In this document: piece after piece, positions 29,959 to 40,698 of the stretch
Layout: each line of letters begins with the position of its first letter
Position numbering within the stretch: the stretch's first letter is position 1
Assembly: GCA_963696385.1 (NCBI GenBank)
Contig: CAVOKF010000003.1
Location: 765,896 to 829,895 of the forward strand
DNA length: 64,000 bases
From: an uncultured delta proteobacterium
Lineage (GTDB): Bacteria; Myxococcota_A; Polyangia; Polyangiales; Polyangiaceae
Direction of reading: 5' to 3'
Position numbers and translations under genes: made by a program
Notes under the pieces: model-generated
Told to the model about the DNA's origin: nothing
Databases searched by the model: none
What the model saw: the letters and a program-made list of their open reading frames with translations, nothing else

Positions 29959-30399
29959 CTAGACGGGTGGCGGAACGCCGGTACGCCGCAACCGACGAAC
30001 GCTCGGTCGGCTTGCGTGCTGCCCGTCGAGAAGCGTATCGACGTATTTGAGCAGCCGCTCGCGCGTGAATGGCTTCTTGAGAAACGCATTCGCACCGACC
30101 TCTTCGGCATGCGCCATGTCCTCGGGCGAACTGCGGTCACTTATGACCAGGACGGGAACGGCCTCAAACCTGGGATCCCTGCGAATGTACTCGCACAGCT
30201 CGAAGCCGGACTCTCGGGGCAACGCGAGGTCGAGGCAAACGAGGTGCGGCACCGAGCTCGCCAAGTAATTCACTGCTGCGCGATAATCCGCCACCATGTC
30301 GACTTGAAAGTGCTTCGCAAGCAGAATCCGGCGAATCTTTTCGCGAATTGGCGGATGATCTTGAACCAGCAGCACCGTCCTCGTCATGTCCCAATCCAA
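29959..30399 (-). CDS. Stand-alone response regulator receiver (copy 1, Asp at phospho-site)
   Basis: LLVQD, CLDLALPRESGFEL, FLKKPF; C-terminal tail SRPSVRRLRR. Confidence 0.88.
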   Translation of the reverse strand: MDWDMTRTVLLVQDHPPIREKIRRILLAKHFQVDMVADYRAAVNYLASSVPHLVCLDLALPRESGFELCEYIRRDPRFEAVPVLVISDRSSPEDMAHAEEVGANAFLKKPFTRERLLKYVDTLLDGQHASRPSVRRLRRTGVPPPV

Positions 30400-30543
30400 C
30401 GCTTGACGCTCGACACATCCATAGTCAGCCCCCCGGCGCGCGGCAGGCGCGCGCAGGTCCGTATCGTATTCGGTATGAGGCTACGCCGCCGTGTCCAGGT
30501 TGCGCAAGGCCCGACCTCCACGTTCGTCCCACCGGGACGAGCG

Positions 30544-31470
30544 TCAGCGTGGGTCGAGCCGCGAGCGCGCTTCCGACAGGACGTCCGCAAGCGCCTCCCG
30601 GATTGCGTGCTTTGGCTTCCAGCCGAGCCCCCGCAGTCTCGACGGATCGCCAACGAGGCTTGGAATGTCGACGGGACGGACGCGCTCGGGATCCAGCTCG
30701 ATCCGAGCATCAAGACCGGACACCACGATGAGCTCTTCCACGATGCTGCGCATCGTGCGCCCTTCTCCGCTGCACACGTTGTACGCTTCACCCGACACCC
30801 CGCGCTCGACAAGCAGCCGATATGCCGCCACGACGTCTCGCACGTGCGAGAAATCGCGAATTGAAGAGAGATTTCCTACGCTGAGCACCCCCAGACCGCC
30901 CCTCAGGCGAACGTCCTCAAGCTGACGAGCGAAGGACGGTACCGAAAAATCCGTCCGCTGGCCACGGCCCAAATGGTTGAACGGCCGAGCCGCAACCACA
31001 TCGAGTCCGTTCGATCGTCGAAATGCGAAGGCCGCAATCTCCGCTCCGGCCTTCGCGGCCGCGTATGGGCTCGTCGGCTCGAGCGGATCCGATTCGACTG
31101 CGCGCACTCCGGGACGACCCTGCCCGTACATCTCACCGGAACCGACGACCAGCAGTCGCGCCTTCGGGGCTGCATCGCGCATCACGGCGCATAGGTTGAT
31201 GACCCCGAGAAGGTTCACCCGAAATGTCTCCACAGGCATCACATGGCTTTGCGAGACCGAGCTCACGCCAGCGAGATTGATGACGGCGTCGGGCGCGAAG
31301 GGCGCGATAGCCTTGCGGAGCGCGATCCCATCGAGAACGTCCACGACGCGGTCCGCGCTCGACGTCGAGCCTGGTCCCGGGAGCGCTAAAACCTCGTCGC
31401 CGCACACCGTCAGGTGCTCAACGAGGTGAGGGCCGACAAAGCCCTCAGCGCCCGTGACGACGACACGCAT
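30544..31470 (-). CDS. GDP-4-keto-6-deoxy-D-mannose reductase-like SDR (RMD-like)
   Basis: VTGAEGFVG, GSGEMYG, SPYAAAK, RPFNHLG, GNL...RDF; directly downstream of gmd. Confidence 0.8.
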   Translation of the reverse strand: MRVVVTGAEGFVGPHLVEHLTVCGDEVLALPGPGSTSSADRVVDVLDGIALRKAIAPFAPDAVINLAGVSSVSQSHVMPVETFRVNLLGVINLCAVMRDAAPKARLLVVGSGEMYGQGRPGVRAVESDPLEPTSPYAAAKAGAEIAAFAFRRSNGLDVVAARPFNHLGRGQRTDFSVPSFARQLEDVRLRGGLGVLSVGNLSSIRDFSHVRDVVAAYRLLVERGVSGEAYNVCSGEGRTMRSIVEELIVVSGLDARIELDPERVRPVDIPSLVGDPSRLRGLGWKPKHAIREALADVLSEARSRLDPR

Positions 31471-31473
31471 CCG

Positions 31474-32493
<1,020 letters not shown>

Positions 32494-32615
32494 TCAACCG
32501 CAGAGGACCTCGCGTCCCAAACCGCGAGCGCGACCTTCGACTCTCCAACCGGGCGAGGCCCCCCCCTCTGACTCCCGCGCCAGCGCACAAAATGTTTGGC
32601 TCGGCGTCCGCGGAG

Positions 32616-33038
32616 CTAGCCTCGCCGCAGACGCCGCACGCTCGGCCGGCTTTCGTGCGGACCATCGAGCAGCGTGATCACGTATCGGAGCAATTTCTCG
32701 CGCGTGAACGGTTTCTTGAGAAACGCGTTTGCGCCAACATACTCGGCGTGCGCCATGTCCTCGGGCGACCCGCGTTCACTCATCAACAGCACGGGCAGGA
32801 CCCGAAGCCGAGCGTCGCTCCGAATGTACTCGCATAGCTCGAATCCAGATTCTCTCGGCAGGGTGAGCTCCAAGCAGACGAGCGATGGAACAAATTTGGA
32901 TAAATACTCGACGGCTCCATGGTAGTCCATCGCGGTCTCGACGTGAAAGTCTTGTCCGACCAGAGCCCTACGAATCATCTCGCGCTCGGGCGGGTGATCC
33001 TCCACGAGCAGCACCGTCCGCTTCGCGTCTAGTTGCAT
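32616..33038 (-). CDS. Stand-alone receiver protein (copy 2, Glu at phospho-site; pseudo-receiver)
   Basis: LLVED, CLELTLPRESGFEL, FLKKPF, SRPSVRRLRR; clear paralog of 29959..30399. Confidence 0.88.
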   Translation of the reverse strand: MQLDAKRTVLLVEDHPPEREMIRRALVGQDFHVETAMDYHGAVEYLSKFVPSLVCLELTLPRESGFELCEYIRSDARLRVLPVLLMSERGSPEDMAHAEYVGANAFLKKPFTREKLLRYVITLLDGPHESRPSVRRLRRG

Positions 33039-33058
33039 CGCCTTCTACCCGCCGGCGT

Positions 33059-34429
33059 TCAGCTCGCGCCGCGCCCTGTCAGGACGACCGGTACCGTCTT
33101 CAAGATCAGCTCGAAGTCATGCGCGAGACTCCAGTGATCGATATACTGCATATCCAAGTACATCCATTCCTCGAACGAGATCTGATTGCGACCACTGACT
33201 TGCCAGACGCACGTGAGGCCAGGACGAACGGACAGCCGGCGGCGCTGCCAAGCCTCGTACCGTGCCAGCTCCGATGGAACGGGGGGCCTGGGGCCGACGA
33301 TGCTCATCTCGCCGCGCACGACGTTAATGAGCTGCGGCAGCTCATCGATACTGAACTTCCGAATGAAACGACCGATTGCGGTGATGCGGGGATCCCGGGT
33401 CATCTTGAACACAGGCCCGGTCTGCTCGTTGTGCGACATCAACTTCGCCTTGAGCTCCTCGGCATTGACCACCATCGAACGGAACTTCAGCATGTTGAAG
33501 GGGCGCCCGTGGCGACCCGCGCGAACTTGCTTGAAAAGCACAGGGCCGCGCGACGTCATTTTGACCAGCACGGCCACAACGACCATCAGCGGCGACAGCA
33601 GCAACAGCGCCAGCGACGCCGAAGTGATATCGAACAGCCGTTTGAACGCGAGCTGTACGGGTTTGTGGCGAATGCTGAGATAGTGAATGTACCCGTCGGC
33701 CACGGCCTTTTCGTGCTCGGGCCGCGCACGGCCGAAACGGAATCCTGCTGCTGGCAGCGCGAACGGAATGCCGAAGCGCTCAAGGACCCGAATGGCCGAC
33801 TGCATCTCGGTTCGGTGCGAGTCACTATTGCCGGCAATGAAGACTTCGCCAACAACATGCTTTTTCAGCACTTCCTCCAAGTCGTTCGCAACCCCGATGA
33901 CCTCCGCGGGGAGTCGATCGTGAATGGGCTCGTCATTGAAACGCAGGTAGCCGACGACGCGGGTTTGACTATCCCGGTCGACGATTTCGAGGCCAGTGTG
34001 CCTACCGAGGGGACCGGTCCCCATAATGAGAACCGGCTGCACCGGCTTCTCGCGCCTACGCAGCCACATGATCGTAAGCCGAAGCCAAATGATGCCCGGA
34101 ACCGCAACGATGACGAACCGGAAAACATTGCTGCCCGCTTCATACGACGGGACGAAAATTCGGAGGAGGGCCATCGCGCCGAGCACGCCGCTCAGCAGCA
34201 ACACGGTCAGCGCGACGTCGCTCGCCACACCGCGGCCGTTCCAGACGTCGTAGTGACGCAAACCGCGGCCGCCCAGTGTCCAGAGAAACATCGACCCCAT
34301 GGCCATCCCGAGAAAGACCATCCAGTGCCAGCCCGAATGCCAGGGAAGCTTCGTCGCAGCCGCCGAGGCGACGACAAGGAGAACGCAGTCTCCCACGAGG
34401 TTTACATTTTGATCAGTCTGCTTTTGCAT
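33059..34429 (-). CDS. Priming polyprenyl-phosphate glycosylphosphotransferase (WcaJ/WbaP-like)
   Basis: N-terminal TMs; KRLFD, KFRSM, DPRIT, SIDELPQL, GEMSIVGPRP, PGLTCVWQVSGR. Confidence 0.93.
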   Translation of the reverse strand: MQKQTDQNVNLVGDCVLLVVASAAATKLPWHSGWHWMVFLGMAMGSMFLWTLGGRGLRHYDVWNGRGVASDVALTVLLLSGVLGAMALLRIFVPSYEAGSNVFRFVIVAVPGIIWLRLTIMWLRRREKPVQPVLIMGTGPLGRHTGLEIVDRDSQTRVVGYLRFNDEPIHDRLPAEVIGVANDLEEVLKKHVVGEVFIAGNSDSHRTEMQSAIRVLERFGIPFALPAAGFRFGRARPEHEKAVADGYIHYLSIRHKPVQLAFKRLFDITSASLALLLLSPLMVVVAVLVKMTSRGPVLFKQVRAGRHGRPFNMLKFRSMVVNAEELKAKLMSHNEQTGPVFKMTRDPRITAIGRFIRKFSIDELPQLINVVRGEMSIVGPRPPVPSELARYEAWQRRRLSVRPGLTCVWQVSGRNQISFEEWMYLDMQYIDHWSLAHDFELILKTVPVVLTGRGAS

Positions 34430-34645
34430 CGGAGGACCGTTTCGAGGACGATCTCGGCCTTTGAGTGAAGCGGAGTCCCCATCCGCCACGGGTGAGCAGG
34501 CTGACTGCGGAAACAATCGCATTAATTATCACGTATCTCAGCAGTGTCCAGGTCGGGCCACGGCGTGCAACGCCGATTTCCGGGCCCGCGCCACGAGCTA
34601 ACGCAGGCGCCCCACGACTACGGCTTGGCCTCGGTTTTTCGCGGT

Positions 34646-34685
34646 GTTTTTGTCACGATTGCGAGGTTTTTGTCACGATTGCGAG
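34646..34685. repeat. Perfect 20-bp tandem direct repeat upstream of the priming GT; candidate regulator sites
   Basis: GTTTTTGTCACGATTGCGAG at 34646-34665 and 34666-34685. Confidence 0.8.
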
Positions 34686-34873
34686 CTTCCGGCGATGGCG
34701 TTAGAGTGGCGGGTTACTCTCGTCGGTCCCTTCGGCGTACTGACCGGGCAATGAGCCATTGCGAGCCGTCTGCCGATGCGGCGGCACGTCAGCGTAATTG
34801 CGTGTTATCGGCTTGGCGGCGAGCGCACGCGCTGAGAGACGCAAACCGCCCCAACTCAAGCGCCGGGGCCGGC

Positions 34874-35224
34874 CTACTCCTCGGGTGGGCCGAGCACTCG
34901 CAGCAGCAGTTTCAAAGCGTCGGGCTCAAGCTGGATGAACTTGAGACCCACGTCGAACCGCGCCGGAACGCCCCCCGCCAGCTCCTCGATCCACACGACT
35001 TCACCCGTGTAGGTCACGGGCTCGACGTCTGGAAGGAAGAACTCCAATTTCAAGAGCTCGCCGACTCGCAACGCCTCATCGCTGTAAATGCGGACGCCTC
35101 CGAGACTGAGGTCGACTGGCTCTCGCTGGCGTGCGAGAAATTGCATGCCGGCGGGCCGACAATAAAGAGGCACGCGGATGCGTCGGTACTTGCGACGGTC
35201 CGACGGTTGCTGAGACGACCCCAC
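34874..35224 (-). CDS. Single-domain PilZ protein (c-di-GMP receptor)
   Basis: RRKYRR (RxxxR) and DLSLGG (DxSxxG) motifs; GEVVW, VGLKF. Confidence 0.88.
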   Translation of the reverse strand: MGSSQQPSDRRKYRRIRVPLYCRPAGMQFLARQREPVDLSLGGVRIYSDEALRVGELLKLEFFLPDVEPVTYTGEVVWIEELAGGVPARFDVGLKFIQLEPDALKLLLRVLGPPEE

Positions 35225-35437
35225 CTAGTCCACCTCGCGTAGTCCGTAACCCATAGGATGCACGTTGAACCGCCGACCCGGCAAGGCCAAATCGCGGAAA
35301 ACGTGCGGAGAGGCAGAGAACGGGTCGACGGACTAGAGTAGCCTTCAGGATACTATGCGCCCCGCCACCACCGGGCAGCAGGCACCGCGACCGTGACGGC
35401 GTGCCCGCGACGCCTAGGTTTATCCCACACGTAGCCG

Positions 35438-37366
35438 ATGCGAGCCTCGCCCTCTGCGGTCCCTTCGCGCGAAATCTCGAGCTTGCAACTCGGCGAGCGG
35501 ACGATTGCGCAATCGGACGAAGGCCTTCTTGGCGCCGAATACTCGCTCTTCGACGCAGCCGACATCGTGCTTCGGGCGACCGATCCCGTGAGTGTTCGCG
35601 AGGCAGGCTACATAACGACGGCTCGTGAAGCCCTCGAGCGGCTCGCCCGATCGGGGGTGACACGAGGGCTGGCGGATGCGGCAGCACGGTCGCTATCGGC
35701 CGAAGCCGCTTCGTCTTTCGCTCGAGGAGCGGCGGCGCGAGGTGTCGTTGGACGCCTCGGTGCGCATGAGCTGTTCGATGGTGCCATCTATCGCGCACGC
35801 GCATCACACTACGAGGGGGCGTGGTTGGACTTGGCGGCCCTTTCCGCGCGGCTGGCCGTACCCGCGGCCCCGATCCTCCTTCAGGTTCTCCATCTCGCCG
35901 CGGCCTTGTCCGAGGTTGCCGCTTCCACGCCCGTTCATTTGTCGACCGAAGCCGTCACGCGCCATCGTCGGCCGGGTGAGCGGACGCACTCTCGGGTCGA
36001 CCTCGATGGGGTTCTGCGAATTCCGGATGCCTTGGTCCGCCTCACCCCGCGGTTGGACAGAACCGAGCCGGACGCCAGCCACGATCGGCGCATGCGACGC
36101 GCCCTCGTGGCCCGCGTCCGTGAGCGTGTGAACGCCGACGCGAGCGATCGGCTTAGAGCCCACCTGAACGGGCTGGAAGCTGCGCTTGCGCCACGCACCT
36201 TGGAGATCGGCGTGCTGTCGGACCCCGAACTGCAGTCGGTTGAGCGACAGCTCGCGACGGGAGATGCATCGGGAATCGACGAGCAGCTCGACGAGATCGA
36301 ACGAAAGCACGGGCCGGGGGCCGGCATTCGGTACTTGCGCGCTCGTGCCGCGCTGCTGCGCGGCGAACAAGCACCACGCAGCGTCGCGCAATTTCTCTCG
36401 GACATCGCCGAAAACGGAGAAGAGTTCCACCAAGCGGCCCTCCGTGCCGCACGCACGTGGCTGGCGGCCGGCGACGAGGCCAACGCTCGATATTTTGCAC
36501 AACGGTTGGTCGAGGATACGTCGGCTCCGGACGGGGACCGACTCGTCGCCCTCGAGATCCTCGACGCGACGAATCCCGGGCGACCGAATACGCCCCTGCC
36601 TCCGCACACCGAGACCCCGTCGCGGCAAAGCCAGCCTCCGCGGTTTGCGACCCTGGGCTTCACGTCATCGTCTCCTCCGGCCGCACGGCCCATGACTCTC
36701 GGGTTGAACGAACCGCCGCCACCGCCTGTGTACGCGACCCCGCAAGAGCCCACGTCCCGACCGCGGGAGGCGACTGCTGCAAAGACGAGCGAGCCGCCCC
36801 ACGGTGCCGTCACTCCAACCAACCCCGCGATCGGAGCCCGCACAACGCAGCGGCCACGCAGCCCAAAGCTCATGCGCTACGAACCAGAGCTCGCCGAATC
36901 GCTTACCCTTCCAGCCGGCGCGAGCGAATCGGCCCTCGGCGTCAACGAGGCGCCTCGAGCTCCTCTCGAAGCGCGCATCGTGATGACGCGGCTCGCACGA
37001 CATCTGGGGCGGGACTATCGCCAATGGTACGGCAAGGCGCTACGCTGCAACGTGCTGGCCGTCGACGCGATGCAGCAGCATTTGACCCAGCATTTCGCCG
37101 GCGTCTCGATCGCGGACCCGGCCGTCGCAATGGAACTTCGGCGCCACGGGGCGCTCTTGAGCGAGATCATCGCGCGTGCTTTGGGCGGCACGTGGACCGA
37201 CATCGCGCCCACCGAGCCGGGCTATTGGGCGATGGTCGTCCCCTCGGGCATTCGGACATGGCCTATCGGCCGGGTCTTTCGTTTCGTCGCGCTCGGCCAT
37301 CGCGAAAAGGATCTCGTCGGCTACTACCTCGATCTCGAAGCGAAGATACGAGCCTTGGACGAATGA
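35438..37366 (+). CDS. Multi-domain hypothetical protein (TPR-like helices, Pro-rich linker)
   Basis: 642-aa ORF whose stop abuts the start of the Fpg/Nei gene. Confidence 0.7.
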   Translation: MRASPSAVPSREISSLQLGERTIAQSDEGLLGAEYSLFDAADIVLRATDPVSVREAGYITTAREALERLARSGVTRGLADAAARSLSAEAASSFARGAAARGVVGRLGAHELFDGAIYRARASHYEGAWLDLAALSARLAVPAAPILLQVLHLAAALSEVAASTPVHLSTEAVTRHRRPGERTHSRVDLDGVLRIPDALVRLTPRLDRTEPDASHDRRMRRALVARVRERVNADASDRLRAHLNGLEAALAPRTLEIGVLSDPELQSVERQLATGDASGIDEQLDEIERKHGPGAGIRYLRARAALLRGEQAPRSVAQFLSDIAENGEEFHQAALRAARTWLAAGDEANARYFAQRLVEDTSAPDGDRLVALEILDATNPGRPNTPLPPHTETPSRQSQPPRFATLGFTSSSPPAARPMTLGLNEPPPPPVYATPQEPTSRPREATAAKTSEPPHGAVTPTNPAIGARTTQRPRSPKLMRYEPELAESLTLPAGASESALGVNEAPRAPLEARIVMTRLARHLGRDYRQWYGKALRCNVLAVDAMQQHLTQHFAGVSIADPAVAMELRRHGALLSEIIARALGGTWTDIAPTEPGYWAMVVPSGIRTWPIGRVFRFVALGHREKDLVGYYLDLEAKIRALDE

Positions 37367-38329
37367 ATGCCGGAACTTCCGGATATTGAGGTCTACGTCA
37401 AGCACCTGAGCACTCGCATCGCCGGCGGGACACTCGAGCACGTGCGCGTCGCGAGTCCGTTCCTCGTCCGCTCGTTCGAGCCGCCATTGTCGAGCGCGGA
37501 AGGCAGGCGCGTGGAGAATGTGCGCCGGATCGGGAAGCGGATCGTCGTCGACTTGGAGTCGGACTGGCACATCGTGCTGCACCTGATGATCGCTGGGCGC
37601 CTCCGCTGGCGTTCGCGCGGCGCGAGCGTCCCAGGACGACTGGGCCTGGCGGCGTTTGACTTCGCATCGGGAACGCTCATTCTTACAGAAGCGTCGACCC
37701 GACGACGTGCCTCGCTTCATGTCGTCCGTGGCGAGAGCGCGGTTGCCGCGCTCGACCCGGGCGGGCTTGAGCCCCTTTCCGCCGATCTCGCCGCGTTCGA
37801 AGCCGCGCTGAGGCGTGAACAGCACACGCTGAAGCGTGCGCTCACCGACCCCCATATCTTCAGCGGCATCGGCAACGCCTACTCCGACGAGATCCTCTGG
37901 CGCGCAAGACTCTCTCCAATGAGTCTGACGATGGCGGCGACCGCGGCGGAAGTGGCGAGACTCCACGACGCCGCGCGGTCCACTCTAAGCGATTGGATCG
38001 CGCGGTTAATGAGCGAGTCGGGCGATGCCTTTCCCGAGGAGGTTACCGCTTTCCGCAAAGAGATGGCCGTCCACGGGCGCTTCGGGTTGCCGTGCCCCGC
38101 GTGCGGCGCTCCCATACAGCGCATTCGCTACGCCCAAAACGAGGCGAACTACTGCGCGCGATGCCAAACGGGCGGTCGACTTCTGGCCGATCGCGCGCTT
38201 TCTCGCCTGATGGGCCGAGACTGGCCCAAGACGCTGGATGAGCTCGAGAAACGCCGGGGCGTCAACGCCGCGCCGGGCGAACCTAGCCGCGAACCGCGCC
38301 GCGGAAGAGAGCGAACCCGTCAGCGGTGA
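37367..38329 (+). CDS. Fpg/Nei family DNA glycosylase
   Basis: MPELPD N-terminus, HLMIAG, H2TH GIGNAYSDEIL, zinc finger CPAC...CARCQ. Confidence 0.92.
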   Translation: MPELPDIEVYVKHLSTRIAGGTLEHVRVASPFLVRSFEPPLSSAEGRRVENVRRIGKRIVVDLESDWHIVLHLMIAGRLRWRSRGASVPGRLGLAAFDFASGTLILTEASTRRRASLHVVRGESAVAALDPGGLEPLSADLAAFEAALRREQHTLKRALTDPHIFSGIGNAYSDEILWRARLSPMSLTMAATAAEVARLHDAARSTLSDWIARLMSESGDAFPEEVTAFRKEMAVHGRFGLPCPACGAPIQRIRYAQNEANYCARCQTGGRLLADRALSRLMGRDWPKTLDELEKRRGVNAAPGEPSREPRRGRERTRQR

Positions 38330-40698
38330 TCTTCGCGGTCGCACCGCTCGATGAGTCCCCTGAGCCACTCGCGTCTCCCGCCGGAGCTGTTTGCAAAAGG
38401 AGAGTCGGGTCCGTCGATCGCTCCGCGCAGGTTCGCCAGAGAGCGAGAATCACCGAGCGCACACGCGGAGATGGCTTTGGCTCGGAGCAGCTCCCGTCCG
38501 ATGCGCGCCGTGAGCACGGGCGTGTGCAACGACCGATCGAGCCACGGCGAGGCCCGCGTCCACTCCTCGTGGGAAACGAGGTTCTTCGCCGCCAGATAGC
38601 TGGCGAGCGTATCGGAGGATCGTCCGGCCCACATCCCGAGTGAAAGACCGCCGAGCCAGGGCTCGATGCCGCGACCGGGGGCGCCAACCAGCACGTCTAC
38701 CCCAGCGCTTCCTGCTGCGGAATCGGCGGCAGCGATCGCTTTGACCTCCACCACCCGCGCCGCGTCTTCGTTGAGAATTTCTGCGGCCAGATCGCGGTAG
38801 ACGGCGACAGCGTCCTCGGCATGCCCATGGGCCCAGTCGTCATCGGCGATCGACTCCCGCGCGCGGTCACGCCAGGTCTTTGGCGCTCGTTCGTCGCGCG
38901 CGATCCGCATCAGATTCTCCCGACCTAGGGAGGCGTCGCCGGTCCCCAGCTCGACCCAAGCGAGTGCGTACTTCGCGTGCCAATCGTCAGAATCTCGCGA
39001 AAGTGCTTTCGCGTAGTAGCCCATCGCCTCCGTGAACCTGTGATCGTCACGGCAGCGATCACCCGCCCGGTCCAGAGCATCAACGACATGGGGGCACTTC
39101 CGTCCCCAGACACCGGGGCGTTCGAACCTCGCGCGTGCATAGGCGCTGGCTTGCGGCGGCATCGACTGCGTGCGGAGCCAGTCGCGAAACGCGCCGTCCA
39201 GCGCATCCCAACGTTGTCCGGTGAGGCGTTCGATCGACCCACCACCGTACCAGGCGCGAACGACGGCCGAGCTCCATCGGGACCTCACCCACCCCACGAA
39301 GGCCCCCGCAGCGGCATAGCTCTTCGCAGCGCTCTGCCCGAGAAAATCGATCGAGAAGAGCGAGGTCGCCGGCGGAAGGATGCCGAGATCGAGCATGGCG
39401 CGCGCCCACTGGGCTTCGGTCAGTTCATCGGCGTCCGGTGAGGTCGCCACCGCGAGCCCCTCGATAAGTCCGGGGTTCGGCCAAAGGCCGCCGCCGACGT
39501 GGAAGGGGCCGGGGGCAAAGCTACCGGCGACGACGTGAGCGATCTCGTGGCCAAGCAGCGGGTGAGGATACTTCTCGTACTGGAGGTAAACGTCGCGGAG
39601 CCAGGGCTTCGCGATCGATGTCTCACCGGCCCCCATAAGCCGCCGCTTTTGAGCGGAGTTCTCGAATACGTACTCCGTTATTCGCCCGTCGAGGTGCGTC
39701 CCGAGAACGCGTTCATCGGCCAGGATCTCCTCTTCGCAGTCGCGCACCAGCAGAGCCACTTGTTCCGGGAGCAAGGCCTCGGGGTAGAGCACCTCGCAAC
39801 GAGGACCGGACGCCCGTCCTCCGAGCGCGCGGGCGATGCTGGAGCCGGTCTGCCAGTGGCCGAGCTCCGGCCCCCTAGCGGCCATCGCAAGGCTCGATGC
39901 GAGAGCGCAAAACCCGCACACGAGACATGCGGTGGACCGGGGATGGCCTCGTAGCGGTTCGAGCGCGATGGCCCCGACGCTCGTTCGCCGCAACGAGGCT
40001 GCCACGAGGACGACGCCGACGAGAGTCGCTGCCGTGCCCGCGCGATAGCTCAAGAGGTCGCTTCCGACGTCGATCACCGTGTCGTACAGTGCGCCGCTGA
40101 AGTATCCAAAAAATGGATCGTAGGCAAAGATCATCGGAGTTGCACAAAAGCGTCCGACGCTGACGAGGATCCCGGCCAGTGGTCCCGCAACCGCCAGGAC
40201 AATGCAGGCGAGGTTCCGCCCTCGTCGTTGGCGGCATACCTCGCCAGCCACGGCGCCCCAGGCCCCCCCGAGAAGCGCCCCGAAACCGGCGGTCAGAAGG
40301 AACAGGACCACCCCGCCCCAGCAATCGCACATGCCCACGCGGAGCCCGTGAAGCAGCGCCGTGAAGAGCGCGACGGCAGCCAGCGCCGCTCCCGATGTCA
40401 GCCCGCGAGCCACCACCTCCAGGGGCGCGGCCCCGGGAGCGGCGGCAACCTCCAGCGATGTAGCGATGGCGGCGGCAGGAGGAACGATCAGGCCACTCGC
40501 GAGCGACTGCTCGTAACCGGGCCCTCCGAACAAAGGTACAAACCCGACCGCCGACAGAAGAACGAACACGGCACCGGCCGCAATCCGTTGGAGACGTGAC
40601 TGTGCGAACGGAGCCACGGACCGTAGTCGTTTAGACGTTGGCCAGCGGCGCGTTTCCCTCGGGCCGCGGCTGAGGAGGCGGCGAGGGAGGCGGCTCAA
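38320..40698 (-). CDS. Membrane protein with HExxH motif and TPR-like C-terminus
   Basis: About 7 N-terminal TMs, HEIAH followed by EGLA, helical C-terminus. Start may be 40617. Confidence 0.7.
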   Translation of the reverse strand: MSRLPRRLLSRGPRETRRWPTSKRLRSVAPFAQSRLQRIAAGAVFVLLSAVGFVPLFGGPGYEQSLASGLIVPPAAAIATSLEVAAAPGAAPLEVVARGLTSGAALAAVALFTALLHGLRVGMCDCWGGVVLFLLTAGFGALLGGAWGAVAGEVCRQRRGRNLACIVLAVAGPLAGILVSVGRFCATPMIFAYDPFFGYFSGALYDTVIDVGSDLLSYRAGTAATLVGVVLVAASLRRTSVGAIALEPLRGHPRSTACLVCGFCALASSLAMAARGPELGHWQTGSSIARALGGRASGPRCEVLYPEALLPEQVALLVRDCEEEILADERVLGTHLDGRITEYVFENSAQKRRLMGAGETSIAKPWLRDVYLQYEKYPHPLLGHEIAHVVAGSFAPGPFHVGGGLWPNPGLIEGLAVATSPDADELTEAQWARAMLDLGILPPATSLFSIDFLGQSAAKSYAAAGAFVGWVRSRWSSAVVRAWYGGGSIERLTGQRWDALDGAFRDWLRTQSMPPQASAYARARFERPGVWGRKCPHVVDALDRAGDRCRDDHRFTEAMGYYAKALSRDSDDWHAKYALAWVELGTGDASLGRENLMRIARDERAPKTWRDRARESIADDDWAHGHAEDAVAVYRDLAAEILNEDAARVVEVKAIAAADSAAGSAGVDVLVGAPGRGIEPWLGGLSLGMWAGRSSDTLASYLAAKNLVSHEEWTRASPWLDRSLHTPVLTARIGRELLRAKAISACALGDSRSLANLRGAIDGPDSPFANSSGGRREWLRGLIERCDREDHR

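Noticed and set aside
32885..34468. Long + strand ORFs (also 53001..54617, 54748..55974, 59659..60828, 57..734) and 47698..49149 on the - strand
   Set aside because: Antisense shadows of well-supported genes, typical of high-GC codon bias; no motifs.
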